Origin: a virus
Direction: 5' to 3' (one strand)
IMG/VR virus record: IMGVR_UViG_3300032251_000002
Coordinates: 33,609-97,608 of that record
DNA length: 64,000 nt
The first letter of the stretch is position 1. The number at the start of each line of letters is the position of its first letter. Shown here in pieces: positions 46,951 through 56,746 of this stretch. The notes beneath the pieces were generated by a model that saw only the letters and a list, made by a program, of their open reading frames with translations, was not told the origin of the DNA and did no database searches. A program made the position numbers and the translations under genes.

Positions 46951-49399
46951 CTAAATCCTCACCTTTAACCATTGCTTGGTTTTTCAATAAGAATACCTTA
47001 CGTTTGTCAGCAAACTTAGATAATTTATTCATAAGATTATGCATTGTTTCATCAGCACTTTCTTCATCATCAACAACAACTTTAATTAATGTTCTATTAA
47101 CTGGATTCATTGTTGTATCCCATAAATCATCTGCATCCATCTCACCTAGACCTTTAAGTCTTTGTCTTGATGAAGGAGTAGCTTTCTTATAAAGCAAATC
47201 TATTAATGCTCCAAGGAAGATATCTTCATACTCATCTCCACCTTTTTCAGCATAGTATAAATCTGTAGAGTTTGCACCTTTAGATATCATATCAACTAAA
47301 GGTTGAATACTTTCTACAAAATCGTCATTAATAAAGAAGTTATGATACTCATCTCCATGCATTCCATCAACAATAAATGAGTCATCATCATCATTATATA
47401 ATGCAGTTAATTCATCATAATTTTCATTTATAAAATCATCAACATCACCTATGTCACCATCAATTAAGAAGTTGATGATTCCTTCAGCTACTTCTTTATG
47501 AATACCATCTTCTGTAATGAAAGTATTTAATTCAGTATTATAAGTTCTACCAAATTTAAGTAACTTAGTTAATTTAACTTTAGTTAATGACTGTAATTCA
47601 TCTTCAACGTCAATTGCAATATCAAATGATTTAATAATTCTTTCAACGATAAATGCTTCATACTCATCTTCATCAATAATAAATCTTTTAGTCTTTCCTT
47701 CTTTAACAGAATACAATGGTGGTAATGCAATGTATACATATCCTCCAAAGATTAACTCTGGTAAATGTCTGAATATGAAAGTAAGAATTAATGATTGGAT
47801 GTGATAACCATCTACGTCGGCATCTGCCATTATTATAATTTTATGATACTTAAGATGTGCAATTAAATCAAAATCATCTTCAATTATAGCAGTTTTCTTA
47901 CCTGTCAGAATGTAAATTAAATCAGCAAGTTCTTTATTATCAAGAACCTTAATAGCTGAATCATTGTTAGTATTCTTAGGTTTACCTTTTAATGAATAGA
48001 TTGCTTGGAACTCTTTATCTCTACCCATCTTTGCTGTACCACCAGCTGAATCACCCTCTACCAAGCATATTTCACTCTTTGTAGGGTCAGTACTCATACA
48101 GTCAGCTAATTTAGCTAAGTCTGACATTATTGAAAGACCTGACTCACCTTTTTTAGTAGTATTTTCTTTAGCTTTTCTAGCAGCCTCAGCAGCTTTTGCA
48201 GCTAATATAATTTTCTTAGCAACCATTTTAGCATCTTTATCATTCTCAGATATCCATGTATCCAATTCATCTTTAACAAGTTTTTGAACTACACCTTGTA
48301 TGTCAGAGTTACTAAGTTTTTGCTTAGTTTGACCAGCATATAACGGTTCATTGTGTTTAACAGATACTACTGCAATCAATCCATCTCTTACATTATCACC
48401 AGTAATTTTAAGGTCTCCATCTTTCTTAGTGATAAGGTTAGATTTCTTAATGTAAGTGTTAAATGATTGTGTGATAGCCATTCTAAAACCTTGTTCATGA
48501 GTACCACCTTCAGTTGTAAGAATTGAGTTACAGAAAGAAGTTAGTTCTTCTTTACCACGCTTTTTATAAGCAATTGCTACTTCTACAGACATTTTAACTA
48601 TCTTAGTGTCAGTTACACCAGACTCTTCGTCTAGTACTATTTCATGTTCATATGAACTTTCACCTTCAAAATAAATTGGCTTGATGATTGGTGATTCATT
48701 GTTGTCGTTAATAAACTCTACAATACCATCTTCATGATAATATTCAATAGTTTCTTTTGCATCAACATCAACTAGAATTAATCTTAAACCTTTGTTTAAA
48801 TATGATTGCATCTCTAAATCTAACTTAATATTTTCTAAGTCAAATGTAGTAGCACCCATTATAGATTTATCTGGTTTAAAGAATGTAACAGTTCCAGTCT
48901 TATCTTTCTTAGTTAATTTCTTACCTTTAATTAACTTTGTTGTTGGCTTACCTTTAGCAAACTCTTGTCTCCAATGGAAACCATCTTTTTTTACATCAAT
49001 AGTCATTTCAGTAGATAATGCATTAACACATGATGCACCTACACCGTTAAGACCACCAGATACTTGATAAGAACCATCATCAAATTTACCAGATGCATGA
49101 AGTGTACATACAGCTCTCTCTAATGCTCCATTGTCTACTGGCATACCACGACCTTCATCCGTAACTCTTGACCATCCTTCTTTATTAGATATTTCAAGTT
49201 TAATAGTATTACCATGACCATTTAAATGCTCATCAATAGAATTATCCCTTGTTTCTCTAAGTAAATGGTCATTACCAGCAATACCAATTGCACCAATATA
49301 CATTGTTGGTCTTTTTCTAACGTTTGCAGGGAATTCTAATACTTTAATATCCTTACCTGAATACGTTGGCTTCGTGCTTGTTTTCTTAGCTTTTGCCAT
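46943..49399 (-). CDS. gyrB: DNA gyrase subunit B
   Basis: VRKRPTMYIG, DNSIDE, GGLNGVG, EGDSAGG, DADVDG, KGLGEM. Confidence 0.95.
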   Translation of the reverse strand: MAKAKKTSTKPTYSGKDIKVLEFPANVRKRPTMYIGAIGIAGNDHLLRETRDNSIDEHLNGHGNTIKLEISNKEGWSRVTDEGRGMPVDNGALERAVCTLHASGKFDDGSYQVSGGLNGVGASCVNALSTEMTIDVKKDGFHWRQEFAKGKPTTKLIKGKKLTKKDKTGTVTFFKPDKSIMGATTFDLENIKLDLEMQSYLNKGLRLILVDVDAKETIEYYHEDGIVEFINDNNESPIIKPIYFEGESSYEHEIVLDEESGVTDTKIVKMSVEVAIAYKKRGKEELTSFCNSILTTEGGTHEQGFRMAITQSFNTYIKKSNLITKKDGDLKITGDNVRDGLIAVVSVKHNEPLYAGQTKQKLSNSDIQGVVQKLVKDELDTWISENDKDAKMVAKKIILAAKAAEAARKAKENTTKKGESGLSIMSDLAKLADCMSTDPTKSEICLVEGDSAGGTAKMGRDKEFQAIYSLKGKPKNTNNDSAIKVLDNKELADLIYILTGKKTAIIEDDFDLIAHLKYHKIIIMADADVDGYHIQSLILTFIFRHLPELIFGGYVYIALPPLYSVKEGKTKRFIIDEDEYEAFIVERIIKSFDIAIDVEDELQSLTKVKLTKLLKFGRTYNTELNTFITEDGIHKEVAEGIINFLIDGDIGDVDDFINENYDELTALYNDDDDSFIVDGMHGDEYHNFFINDDFVESIQPLVDMISKGANSTDLYYAEKGGDEYEDIFLGALIDLLYKKATPSSRQRLKGLGEMDADDLWDTTMNPVNRTLIKVVVDDEESADETMHNLMNKLSKFADKRKVFLLKNQAMVKGEDLDV

Positions 49400-49466
49400 T
49401 AAATCTTTCCTCCTTAGTTGAGTGAATTAACTCCATGTCATTTCCTCCAATATAATATAATTTTAT

Positions 49467-49520
49467 TGTCATCACTATAATATATATTTGAAAATAATCT
49501 TAACTATACATATAATTGTT
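49467..49520 (-). promoter_or_regulatory. Early-type and late-type promoters upstream of gyrB
   Basis: CAAATATATATTATAGTGATGACA (49467-49490); AACA-ATTATA-TG (49509-49520). Confidence 0.6.
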
Positions 49521-49606
49521 TAGTTTCATATTAAAATAAAAAAAAAGTATGAAATTTCGAAAATATAAGGGAATTAGCCATTAGACTAATTCCCTTGTTA
49601 ATATTA

Positions 49607-50053
49607 CTAAGTGTTTTCTAAATCTTCTCTTCTTTGGAATCTATCTCTTCTAAGAGTTCCAAATTCTAATATTTCGTTAAACATAAATATTGGTCTTGAA
49701 TAAGTGTTACTGGCATTAGGTGTATCTCCATAAGGAACATATGAAACTATCATCTTACCACTTTCAGTATATAATGATATACCTACTATTGTATAAATAT
49801 TTCCTTTAAAATGTTCATATATTTGACCTACATGTAAATTTCTATTAAGAGTACCTACAACTTTATAAGTTTGCTTTAAAAATGACTCTCTAACATATTC
49901 ACGAACATACAGTAATAATGTAATAATAATTACTGTAAGTAGTGTAGATATTAAGTCAATATCAGTTAACCCACAAATCATTAACATTATTTTCACTATA
50001 GCATATATAACTAATGCATATATGACATCATGTTTACTACTAGCTTTCTTCAT
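49607..50053 (-). CDS. Two-TM protein fused to DUF1653 domain
   Basis: GQIYEHFKGNIY...TE...V.Y...YSRP..MF...RF. Confidence 0.75.
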   Translation of the reverse strand: MKKASSKHDVIYALVIYAIVKIMLMICGLTDIDLISTLLTVIIITLLLYVREYVRESFLKQTYKVVGTLNRNLHVGQIYEHFKGNIYTIVGISLYTESGKMIVSYVPYGDTPNASNTYSRPIFMFNEILEFGTLRRDRFQRREDLENT

Positions 50054-50057
50054 CTTT

Positions 50058-50726
50058 TTATTTCAGTCCTTTCTTCACCTTTTCTTTTTTAATGTGGTAC
50101 ATTCTTTTGTCTGCCACACTAATTAAGTCATCTAAATTATCACCATCTACTGAAAATACACTTCTACCTAGTGAGAAGCTTATATCAAATTCAGTACTAT
50201 CAGACAACATATTTAAATTATTAATGAGTCTATTTTGCATAGGACAAACTTCTGCTGTTTCTTCAACATCATATATAAACAGTACAAATTCATCCCCACC
50301 CCATCTTATAACACTATCAGTTTCTCTAACAGACATCTTAATAGTATTTGCTAAGAATTTTAAAATTTCATCACCTTTTAAATGTCCATATGTATCATTG
50401 ACTTTTTTAAAGTTATCTATATCAATTAACATTATACATATATGTTCATTCTTATGTTTTGCTCTTTTAAAAATTTTACTTGAGTACTTTGTTATATAAT
50501 TTCTATTATATACTTGAGTTAGTGAATCAATCAAATGATTTCTAACTGCTTTATCATAACGTTTACCTAGCAACCAAAATACAAGTGTTATGAAACTAAT
50601 AACTGCAACCTGAATTAACGTTGTATCCATTACCCCAATATCTCTCACATATTCAAGCATTTTTATAAATAATATACTTACTATAAAAAAACTGAGACCA
50701 ACTATTCTTCCTTTGTATTGCGACAT
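50058..50726 (-). CDS. Membrane-anchored diguanylate cyclase (GGDEF)
   Basis: DSLTQVYNR, DIDNFKKVNDTYGH..GD, I-site RETD, RWGGDEF, ADKRMY. Confidence 0.93.
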   Translation of the reverse strand: MSQYKGRIVGLSFFIVSILFIKMLEYVRDIGVMDTTLIQVAVISFITLVFWLLGKRYDKAVRNHLIDSLTQVYNRNYITKYSSKIFKRAKHKNEHICIMLIDIDNFKKVNDTYGHLKGDEILKFLANTIKMSVRETDSVIRWGGDEFVLFIYDVEETAEVCPMQNRLINNLNMLSDSTEFDISFSLGRSVFSVDGDNLDDLISVADKRMYHIKKEKVKKGLK

Positions 50727-50803
50727 TACATAATACCTCCCTTTATCATTTTTTTTTGTATAAAAATTCCCATGTCCTTTATAAAGAACATGGGAATATG
50801 AGA

Positions 50804-51049
50804 TTATAACTTCATGATAGAGTCTTTGTTAACTACCTTGAACTCAATATCATCACCTAGTATAACTAATGAGGGTGCTGACATAATATTGTATTTGGCT
50901 GCCAATTCTCTATTCTTAGTTGCATCTTCTATTGTTACATTGTCAAATTTACTTAAATGGTCTTTAGCTGCTGGACAATAACTACACGTTGGTGTAGTAA
51001 ATAGTATAGCTTCTAATTCTCCATTTACAAATCTTTCTTCCAAATTCAT
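50804..51049 (-). CDS. Thioredoxin/glutaredoxin-like (NrdH-like) redoxin
   Basis: CSYC and IMSAP cis-Pro motif; in nrdDG operon. Confidence 0.85.
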   Translation of the reverse strand: MNLEERFVNGELEAILFTTPTCSYCPAAKDHLSKFDNVTIEDATKNRELAAKYNIMSAPSLVILGDDIEFKVVNKDSIMKL

Positions 51050-51081
51050 TAAAGAATCCTCCTTGAGTGTTATGTGTGTGT

Positions 51082-51582
51082 TTAAGAATTATGTAAAGCA
51101 TCCTTTAACGATTTAAAATATTGATTACCAGTTGATAGTTTAACCCCACCTAAATCATCAAATCTAGGTTTATTTATAGGATTAAATCTTCCGAACTTGA
51201 ACATTATATCTTCATGATGTTCTAGCTCAACTAACTTATCCATAATTTCATTAGGATAATAACCAGTAAATAAGACAATTTCCATGTCCGTTATTTTTCT
51301 AAAATCATTAATAAACTGTTTAGTCTCAACCCAATTATCTATAGGGTCTAATCCCGAAAGGATTATGCATTCTGCAAAAGGATTAATCGATAAATGTTTT
51401 TCAACAACATCTTGTGCCGACATATCAGAAACGTAGTCTAAACCACCGTTATGACAAGTTACTTCAACACCTTTTTCCTTTGCTTCTTTTACACATTTAA
51501 AATTACAGAAAGGAGTGGCTATATATAAGCCAACCTTCTTATAATCATTAAAAACAGTTTTTGGATTACCTGCTACCTTCAT
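51082..51582 (-). CDS. nrdG: Anaerobic RNR activase (radical SAM)
   Basis: CNFKC...CHN (split Cys triad), LSGLDP, FTGY, STGNQ. Confidence 0.8.
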   Translation of the reverse strand: MKVAGNPKTVFNDYKKVGLYIATPFCNFKCVKEAKEKGVEVTCHNGGLDYVSDMSAQDVVEKHLSINPFAECIILSGLDPIDNWVETKQFINDFRKITDMEIVLFTGYYPNEIMDKLVELEHHEDIMFKFGRFNPINKPRFDDLGGVKLSTGNQYFKSLKDALHNS

Positions 51583-51597
51583 ACACTACACTCTCCT

Positions 51598-53739
51598 TTA
51601 CATTTTCTCAATTGTCTCTGTCTTGTGCCATGTTCTACGACTATGTTCGTCTTTACGGTTCTTACCAAAATCAAAGATAGTTGATTTAAAGTAACCAATA
51701 CTTCTAGAAACAGCATTTATGATGTCACCACCACATAATTTACACTGTCCTTCTTCATGGTCTGGATAGTTATGATGGTTAACACATGTGTATATAGTAC
51801 TATTAAACGCATAGTGTTCAATATTAGGATACATTTTCCATAATTGTCTATGTAGTTTAATGTTTTGCTCTGGTGTTAATGGAGCATCAATATTGATATG
51901 ACAAATACCTGATGGTGGTGTAATTTCAGAAAGAACTTCCTCCCACTTAAGTCTTTGAGCAATATCAAAGTTTAATGTTAATGGTGTAAACTGATTAGAT
52001 AACTCTGGGTAATTTACAGCATCTTCACCAAATAATATTCTTTCTCTTTCAGCAAATCTAAATGCTGCTGACTCTCCAGGAATACAAAGCTCCATATTAA
52101 TAGGGAAACCTAGTTCTTCTGTTTTGTTTATACAAATATCATTAAATAATGCAACAATATCATTTGCAAAAGCTAATTCTTCATCAGTGTACTCAGTACC
52201 CCATTCAGCATCAAATACTAATTTAACTGCTTCATAAAGACCTAATCCACCTAATGTAGATGCTAATTTAGTAAAGTCAACCCATCCTGCTTCAGATAAC
52301 TTGTAGAAATTCTGTGAATCTCTCTCCATAATAATTTCTCTTTGTGCTTCAAGAATTCTTACAGATATATCTAATTTAGTAGTAAGGTTGTAAAGATATG
52401 CATCTTTTCTACTTTGTAATGGAATTGCTTGTACAGAAGATACATCTTTGTACATATCTAATGCAATTGCTGGAAGACTAGTAGTAACTACTCTTAAACT
52501 ACCAACAGCATTATTACCATCATGTTCAGTAGTAACACCTAATGAGTTAACTGCAACAGCTACTTTAGGCTTATCAACTGTAATTCTACAACACATTGCT
52601 AATTTAAGTCCTCTGTAAACATTTATGTTATTGTAAGTTGCGAACTTACCTAAGATGTAATCTACAAACTCATCATCAGCTTCTTGTAATTCTTCAGCAC
52701 CAACATCATCTTTAGGCTTCATAAGAGTAACAACTGGCATAGCAACAATCTTAGTTAGACCATTGTGACCTTTGATACCTTGACTAAAGAAGTCAGCAAA
52801 TATTTTTTGTAAGATAATAATTTCATCAATGTAACCATCAATATTTTCTCCACTTGGATATCTATAATACTCAAAGTTATCCTTAAGAATTCTAGGTGAG
52901 AATAAGTTTAAATTAGTGAATAACGATTGATATCCATTTCTAAACTTGTTTCCAGCTAAATGAACCCAATGTTGAAGTGAGTTAGTTAATTTATGGTTAT
53001 ATACATAATCACAGGCTTCTTCTACAGTTGTAGAGTTTTCTTTAATCTTCTCAACAGCTTCATCAAAACCTCTTCTAGATGTAACTAAGTTAGAAGCTAA
53101 TGCGTTAGCAGCCATATCAAAACTCATTCCTCTATGAGCTAACTTCATTGCTTCACGTTCTTGTCTTGAATAGAAAGCACCACCGATATTTATATCAAAT
53201 ACTACAGTTGCTCCCATAAACTCAGAACATGCATCAAACATACTTTCAGCTACAACACTAATGTAACTTCTAAATGTCGTAGGTGCAATGTTAGGAACAT
53301 CACTCCAAGGTCTTCCACCTCTTTCATCTTCTCTCATTAAGAATGAAGATGAGAATGCTACACAATAAGGTAAATCAATATTCTCTGAATCATTAATTAA
53401 TCCAGTTCCAGCAATAACTTCTAGTAACGCTTCATCAGCAACTTCTTTACTATACTTTTCTGTCATTTTACTGTGAAGTAAATCATAAGAACTCATCTTC
53501 TCCATACCTTCATAAACTTTCTTACGTCTATGATTAGGATGAGTTGATTTTCCTACGTTGGCATTTTCTTCACCAGTCATATTTTCATTATTAACACTGT
53601 GGTAAGCTGCTTTTCTAGCAGGAATGTTTAAACTCTCTGGGTCAATTGCTTCTATCTTTAAGATATCATTAGATAATCCTTGGATTAGTTCAGTAAAATC
53701 ACCTGAGAATGCCTGTCGTACTCCTATTTTGTCTGTCAT
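51598..53739 (-). CDS. nrdD: Anaerobic (class III) ribonucleoside-triphosphate reductase
   Basis: PYC, MCCR, GSLRVVT, IPGESAA, C-terminal zinc site and glycyl-radical RSIGYF; no ATP cone; late-type promoter 53818-53829. Confidence 0.85.
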   Translation of the reverse strand: MTDKIGVRQAFSGDFTELIQGLSNDILKIEAIDPESLNIPARKAAYHSVNNENMTGEENANVGKSTHPNHRRKKVYEGMEKMSSYDLLHSKMTEKYSKEVADEALLEVIAGTGLINDSENIDLPYCVAFSSSFLMREDERGGRPWSDVPNIAPTTFRSYISVVAESMFDACSEFMGATVVFDINIGGAFYSRQEREAMKLAHRGMSFDMAANALASNLVTSRRGFDEAVEKIKENSTTVEEACDYVYNHKLTNSLQHWVHLAGNKFRNGYQSLFTNLNLFSPRILKDNFEYYRYPSGENIDGYIDEIIILQKIFADFFSQGIKGHNGLTKIVAMPVVTLMKPKDDVGAEELQEADDEFVDYILGKFATYNNINVYRGLKLAMCCRITVDKPKVAVAVNSLGVTTEHDGNNAVGSLRVVTTSLPAIALDMYKDVSSVQAIPLQSRKDAYLYNLTTKLDISVRILEAQREIIMERDSQNFYKLSEAGWVDFTKLASTLGGLGLYEAVKLVFDAEWGTEYTDEELAFANDIVALFNDICINKTEELGFPINMELCIPGESAAFRFAERERILFGEDAVNYPELSNQFTPLTLNFDIAQRLKWEEVLSEITPPSGICHINIDAPLTPEQNIKLHRQLWKMYPNIEHYAFNSTIYTCVNHHNYPDHEEGQCKLCGGDIINAVSRSIGYFKSTIFDFGKNRKDEHSRRTWHKTETIEKM

Positions 53740-53929
53740 ATTATGTTTACACTCCTTTTTAATATAATATTATAATCCCTAAAATGATAAGGATGATTAT
53801 AACTTTTTCACATTCGATAATTATTTGTTGCATAAACTTTCTTTTATTTTTGAAAGGACAATAAAAAATAAAGTTTCTAATAAAGAAAATCGCTATAAGG
53901 TTTTATGTATAGACCTTATAGCGACACTA

Positions 53930-54262
53930 TTATTTACGTTTTCTATTGTTCTGTCTTGATTTTTTGGCAATTTTTGTCTTTTTCTTGTTACGTTTTACAG
54001 ATTTAGCTTTTCTATTTTGTCTAAATTCCTTCAATATTTTTTGCTCTGGAGTAAGAAATGCTTCTCGTATATCATACACATCTTCATTAAAGTCTATAAC
54101 ATCCATAGATTTAGTTGGAATTAATGCGTCATCCTCAACATCATGGTCATCCTTAATAACTGGATTTAGAACTGTTCCACTGTTAATGTGAGGGTTTCTT
54201 AAAATACTAGCAATTGCTGTACCCATGCCACCACTACCGATTATACCTACTTTATCAGCCAT
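53930..54262 (-). CDS. Small protein with Rossmann-like N-terminal peptide and basic tail
   Basis: KVGIIGSGGMGTAIA; KKTKIAKKSRQNNRKRK. Confidence 0.6.
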   Translation of the reverse strand: MADKVGIIGSGGMGTAIASILRNPHINSGTVLNPVIKDDHDVEDDALIPTKSMDVIDFNEDVYDIREAFLTPEQKILKEFRQNRKAKSVKRNKKKTKIAKKSRQNNRKRK

Positions 54263-54271
54263 AATTTCCTC

Positions 54272-55495
54272 CTATATAGCTAGTATTAATTTATCTGCAG
54301 CACGAGTTATAGCAGTATATGACCACTTCTCATGTTGCTTATAAATGTGTTCATAATATACAAATACTTTATTCCACTGACTACCTTGAGCTTTGTGAGT
54401 GGTTATAGCATATCCGAAATCAAACTTATTAATCTTTTCATCTCTTTCAATCATTTCCCTTGTTTTATGATTTACAGGGGTTGGATAGTCCAATTTAAAA
54501 TCTTCAGAATCTGCTAAGATATCAGGGAAGTATGAGTATTCAGTTGCACCATCTGGTTGGAAACCTAATCTGTGAGTTCTACTATGCTTATCAAATTTAT
54601 AAGGTTCATCTATTACTTGACCTGTCATTCCATTGATAAGGTTCATAGTAACTCCCTCAACTTTAATTTCTTTATCCCAGTTGTTTTTAATACATATTAT
54701 CTTTTCACCTACTTGAGGGAATGTACCAGAGAAACCTAATTCATCCCTTATTTCTTGATTTAATAATTTTCTTGTATCATTCTTACCACATAAAACTTGG
54801 TCGGCTCGTAACATGTATCCAGCTTCAATATCATCTTTTGGTATTATGGCGACTTTATTTCCAAGCATACCATATGTTAAATGACCATTTAGTACTGCTT
54901 TTCGATTAACCCAATCCCATTTTACCAACTTATCAAGTCTAGCTAATTCAGATAAATATATAATTGGATTATCTGCAGCTTGTCTATGAATTTCAGTAAG
55001 TAATACATCTGGATTTTCAAAGTAACCATTATCCTCACCAATAGGTTTTAACTGTCCATTATCACCTAATAGAAGAATTTTAATTCCATATGACATTAAA
55101 TCTTTGATTAAATGTTTAGCCACCATATAAGCTTCATCAATTACAATGAGTCTTAAAAGTGAACTTAATTGTGTCTTTTTAGTATTGATTGCAACCTTAC
55201 GATAAATACCATCTTTATCTTTAATATTTTGAACTTGAGTATCATATATTAATTTATGAATGGTTGTAGCTCTATTACCTTTTTGATTCAATACTAACGC
55301 TGCTTTACCTGTAAACGTACAGAATGCAACTTGGAATTGTTGGAGTCCAAGTTCATCAATTATGGCACTAACTATAGTAGATTTACCAGAACCAGCTACA
55401 CCCGATATGGTAAATACTTGTTCACTACTTATTTCATACCACATTATAGTTTTCTTTTTAGCATTATTTTGCATTGGCGAAAGTATTATTCCCAT
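54272..55495 (-). CDS. Dda/RecD-like SF1B helicase
   Basis: GVAGSGKS, TIHKL, VIDEA, GDNGQL, HRQA, YAITTHKAQGSQW, YTAITRA. Confidence 0.92.
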   Translation of the reverse strand: MGIILSPMQNNAKKKTIMWYEISSEQVFTISGVAGSGKSTIVSAIIDELGLQQFQVAFCTFTGKAALVLNQKGNRATTIHKLIYDTQVQNIKDKDGIYRKVAINTKKTQLSSLLRLIVIDEAYMVAKHLIKDLMSYGIKILLLGDNGQLKPIGEDNGYFENPDVLLTEIHRQAADNPIIYLSELARLDKLVKWDWVNRKAVLNGHLTYGMLGNKVAIIPKDDIEAGYMLRADQVLCGKNDTRKLLNQEIRDELGFSGTFPQVGEKIICIKNNWDKEIKVEGVTMNLINGMTGQVIDEPYKFDKHSRTHRLGFQPDGATEYSYFPDILADSEDFKLDYPTPVNHKTREMIERDEKINKFDFGYAITTHKAQGSQWNKVFVYYEHIYKQHEKWSYTAITRAADKLILAI

Positions 55496-55504
55496 ATTTC
55501 CTCC

Positions 55505-55948
55505 TTAACTTATTTCTTTACCATAATATTTAAGAATTAACTGGAATATAGATTCCTCTTCAGAATTAGAGAATTCATGTTCAAGCATAACCTCATTAGT
55601 TCCATCATGGATTAATTTTGAATAGTAACCATCTTCGGACTTATATGTTTTAATAGCATCCACTTCACATATATCTTCACTAAGCATATAATCAATAAGT
55701 AATTGCAGGTGATTTTCATTTGTCATTGGCATGAATAATTCTACTGAGTTCTTTCCTAACTTCTTTCTTAATTTAATACCCTTTTCATTAAATGGTACAA
55801 TTTTATTACCATCAACTGTTACAGGTAGAAATGGTGTAGAATCAGTATGACTCCAGAAGTAACCACTTCTTACTTCCCATTCCATTAAATTTGATGCAAT
55901 TTCACTTACTTTTTCACATAGTTCTTTATTAAATTCTGCCACTGTCAA
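55505..55948 (-). CDS. Hypothetical protein
   Basis: 147 aa, TTG start with GGAGG RBS. Confidence 0.6.
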   Translation of the reverse strand: MTVAEFNKELCEKVSEIASNLMEWEVRSGYFWSHTDSTPFLPVTVDGNKIVPFNEKGIKLRKKLGKNSVELFMPMTNENHLQLLIDYMLSEDICEVDAIKTYKSEDGYYSKLIHDGTNEVMLEHEFSNSEEESIFQLILKYYGKEIS

Positions 55949-55964
55949 TCCTCCTAGAATGTCA

Positions 55965-56327
55965 TTACTTAACTTTAACTTGTTTTCTAATTACTGCTTT
56001 AATGTAACCTTCGTTATAATCTACATATAAATTTGTATAATAACTAGGTAAAGTATCACTATGTATTGCTTTAAAATCTACCCAATAGCTAGCTACTTCA
56101 GCTAAAGAATTTGCTCTCATTACTACTAAATTTTCTATTGAAAACTTAATAGCTGCTGGTTCTGTTGGTGAAGTCATGTCCATAGATAAATTTGAAATAG
56201 ATAAATCTATATTCTTCACTAAAGCATCAGCTTTTCTAAACATATCCATTGTTTCTTTATCAATTAAATACTTCTTTAGAACTTCTTCAACTTCTACCAT
56301 TTTTTTCTTCTTCTTTTTAAAAAACAT
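55965..56327 (-). CDS. Hypothetical protein
   Basis: 120 aa after early promoter. Confidence 0.6.
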   Translation of the reverse strand: MFFKKKKKKMVEVEEVLKKYLIDKETMDMFRKADALVKNIDLSISNLSMDMTSPTEPAAIKFSIENLVVMRANSLAEVASYWVDFKAIHSDTLPSYYTNLYVDYNEGYIKAVIRKQVKVK

Positions 56328-56346
56328 TTTTACTCCTCCTTAATTT

Positions 56347-56370
56347 TGTCACAGTTATAATATATACTTA
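56347..56370 (-). promoter_or_regulatory. Early-type promoter
   Basis: TAAGTATATATTATAACTGTGACA. Confidence 0.65.
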
Positions 56371-56408
56371 TAAACCTCATGAAAAAAAGAAGATAACTAA
56401 ATTAATAG

Positions 56409-56633
56409 TTATCTCTTAATTTGATTTAATATTGCTAATACATGTAGTTTTTCATCAATAGAACTGAAAAACTTATCATTGAATGAGTTGTGTAAAGGTC
56501 TTTCATTCTCTATGAAATGTTCATTCATGGCATTAAGTTTTCTATTCTTTATACCTTTAACTTTTCTAAATTCTTCTCTTTCCAAATCAGTATCATTTGA
56601 AACTTTATTTATTAATTGTGTATAATTAATCAT
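56409..56633 (-). CDS. Hypothetical late protein
   Basis: 74 aa; late promoter 56660-56671. Confidence 0.55.
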   Translation of the reverse strand: MINYTQLINKVSNDTDLEREEFRKVKGIKNRKLNAMNEHFIENERPLHNSFNDKFFSSIDEKLHVLAILNQIKR

Positions 56634-56659
56634 TATAATTCTCCTTTCAATTAAATATT

Positions 56660-56719
56660 TAATGTAATGTTACTAAATAATTATTTTTTTAGTTTACATA
56701 ACATTTTAACATTTAATTA
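56660..56719. promoter_or_regulatory. Divergent late promoters
   Basis: AACA-TTACAT-TA (-, 56660-56671) and AACA-TTTAAT-TA (+, 56708-56719). Confidence 0.65.
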
Positions 56720-56746
56720 AATAAATATAAAGAAGAGGTGATTTAA

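Noticed and set aside
47150-47700. Intein or intron in gyrB or the RNAP genes
   Set aside because: ORFs are continuous; the GyrB insertion lacks intein terminal motifs and LAGLIDADG blocks
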